Translations under genes and position numbers: made by a program
Notes under the pieces: model-generated
Told to the model about the DNA's origin: nothing
What the model saw: only the letters and a program-made list of their open reading frames with translations
Database searches by the model: none
Virus record (IMG/VR): IMGVR_UViG_3300028586_000740
Location: 1-35,610 of that record
DNA from: a virus
Lineage: Duplodnaviria > Caudoviricetes
DNA: 35,610 bases
Reading direction: 5' to 3' (one strand)
Part shown: piece by piece, positions 34,282 to 35,610 of the stretch
Layout: each line of letters starts with the position of its first letter
Numbering within the stretch: position 1 is the first letter of the stretch

Positions 34282-35610
34282 TTAGGCGTCGGACTGGGCT
34301 CGATCTTTATATTTTTTCAATGCCCGCCCCAAAGCACATAGAAGTCTAATGATGAAACGACGTATTCCGCTCCTTACTTCTGAAAAAACTTTTACTGCAC
34401 GACGGCGCTGAGCAGGTGGACGACTATCCATTTCGACCACTTTAGTAGTGGAGTTTGCTATTTTACCTCCAAGAATCATCGATGCTGCTAAGAAGTAAAA
34501 AAGTCGATGGTGTTTAGCTTTCTTTGCTTGGGCCGCCAAGGCAACCAGTTTAGTAATTTTTGGTTTTGAAGCAACGAGCGAAGGAACTATACACTCACTA
34601 CCCAATGCCACACTGGAAAGCAAAGATACATCTTCAACCTGTACATTCGGCTTATCTGGAAATGCAGAGCAGTAGGTGCTTGGCACTCTTTCGCAGAAAC
34701 GAGAAGAAGGCGAGCTTCTAGTCACGCCAGCGGCAATACTTACCACTGGGCATACTTTCTGATTATATTCAGCAATCTCTTTCCGAATTTGAATTATCTT
34801 TTCCGGTGATATATCTCGACCTGGACGCTTATAGATATCCGCACTGCTATCCGGACCAAACTCTTTGAAGTAAAATTCACCATTTACCGCTATTTCACCA
34901 AGTTCTTGCTGAACATAAGCTGACCACTGACACGATGAACTTCCATTTAATCCATGAGCGTCACAGTAGCTTTCATAAGCTCTAACCTGACCCAGTAAAT
35001 ACTCGCTAGATTTTTGTACCTCAGCAGTAGCCTCTTTAAGCTGGGAGATATTTTCGTTGGCACCGTTATCTGCAACGAAAAAGACCGCTGCGACAATTGC
35101 CATTGAAAACCATAGATGGTCATAGCACTGCCGAAAACGGTCGCCCAAACTAAAATTATCGTAAATAATAATTATAGTTGCCCAGCCGGTTAAAGCTCCC
35201 AATACCAGAATAGGAACTATGCCCAATTCACTACCTAACGTACCCGCACCTTGAATAACAAACCGCCCTGGCAAATAGTTAATAGATGGAAAAAAACCTA
35301 AAATATTTAATAAGCCCGGTGCTATGGACAGTAAAAAAAATATAAAAACCCCTCTCTTGCCCCCTAGGGCATGAGCCGCCATAGCGACCCATGGGATCAA
35401 GAAAAATGTTAATAACATAAGTCCCCCCAATGGAATCATTACAGCTTCTGAAGGTGACCAGTAACTTTCAACCAACATCCCCGCATCGTCATACTTAACA
35501 AAATTGGAAGACGCCCAATTGAGCCCCTCCAAAGTTTGATAAATACTGTACGCCCCACCATAAAGAAAATCGTAGTATGGTCGAAAAAAAGCTGAAAAAC
35601 TCAAAATCAT
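34282..35610 (-). CDS. AT-rich multi-pass membrane protein with a Cys-rich loop; true start may lie outside the window
   Basis: About four N-terminal TM segments, a large loop with six Cys, a C-terminal TM and a basic tail. Confidence 0.7.
   Translation of the reverse strand: MILSFSAFFRPYYDFLYGGAYSIYQTLEGLNWASSNFVKYDDAGMLVESYWSPSEAVMIPLGGLMLLTFFLIPWVAMAAHALGGKRGVFIFFLLSIAPGLLNILGFFPSINYLPGRFVIQGAGTLGSELGIVPILVLGALTGWATIIIIYDNFSLGDRFRQCYDHLWFSMAIVAAVFFVADNGANENISQLKEATAEVQKSSEYLLGQVRAYESYCDAHGLNGSSSCQWSAYVQQELGEIAVNGEFYFKEFGPDSSADIYKRPGRDISPEKIIQIRKEIAEYNQKVCPVVSIAAGVTRSSPSSRFCERVPSTYCSAFPDKPNVQVEDVSLLSSVALGSECIVPSLVASKPKITKLVALAAQAKKAKHHRLFYFLAASMILGGKIANSTTKVVEMDSRPPAQRRRAVKVFSEVRSGIRRFIIRLLCALGRALKKYKDRAQSDA

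Noticed and set aside
1-35610. CRISPR array, IS element, rRNA or retron
   Set aside because: No regularly spaced repeats, transposase, rRNA-like sequence or reverse transcriptase seen on manual reading.

Overview
Most of the window (about 1-33144) is an apparently intact HP1/K139-type, P2-like (Peduoviridae-like) prophage. The host is probably a Pseudomonas, judging from codon style and the tRNA sequence. The left end of the prophage (attL with the intact tRNA) is not in the window. Left to right: AT-rich cargo (a DUF2971-like gene and a membrane-anchored protein); a three-gene operon behind a LexA box; a minus-strand late operon (scaffold, capsid, small terminase, completion proteins, sheath, tube, TraR-like protein, holin, endolysin, Rz/Rz1, frameshifted tail chaperone, tape measure, baseplate, tail fibre, spike); a divergent terminase-portal-ogr operon; a cI/cox-like switch; an early operon with a P4-alpha-like primase-helicase, DUF4224 and a tyrosine integrase; small cargo genes; and an att site made of the 3' 45 bp of tRNA-Thr(UGU). 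Beyond att lie a decayed P4-family integrase and an AT-rich membrane-protein gene. The most notable observation is a possible non-canonical induction circuit. The short repressor has no RecA-cleavable domain, the 59-aa gene after it looks like a stand-alone copy of the repressor C-terminal domain, and a separate LexA-controlled trio of unknown small proteins sits at the far end of the tail genes. Family names come from motif recognition and synteny only; no searches were run.
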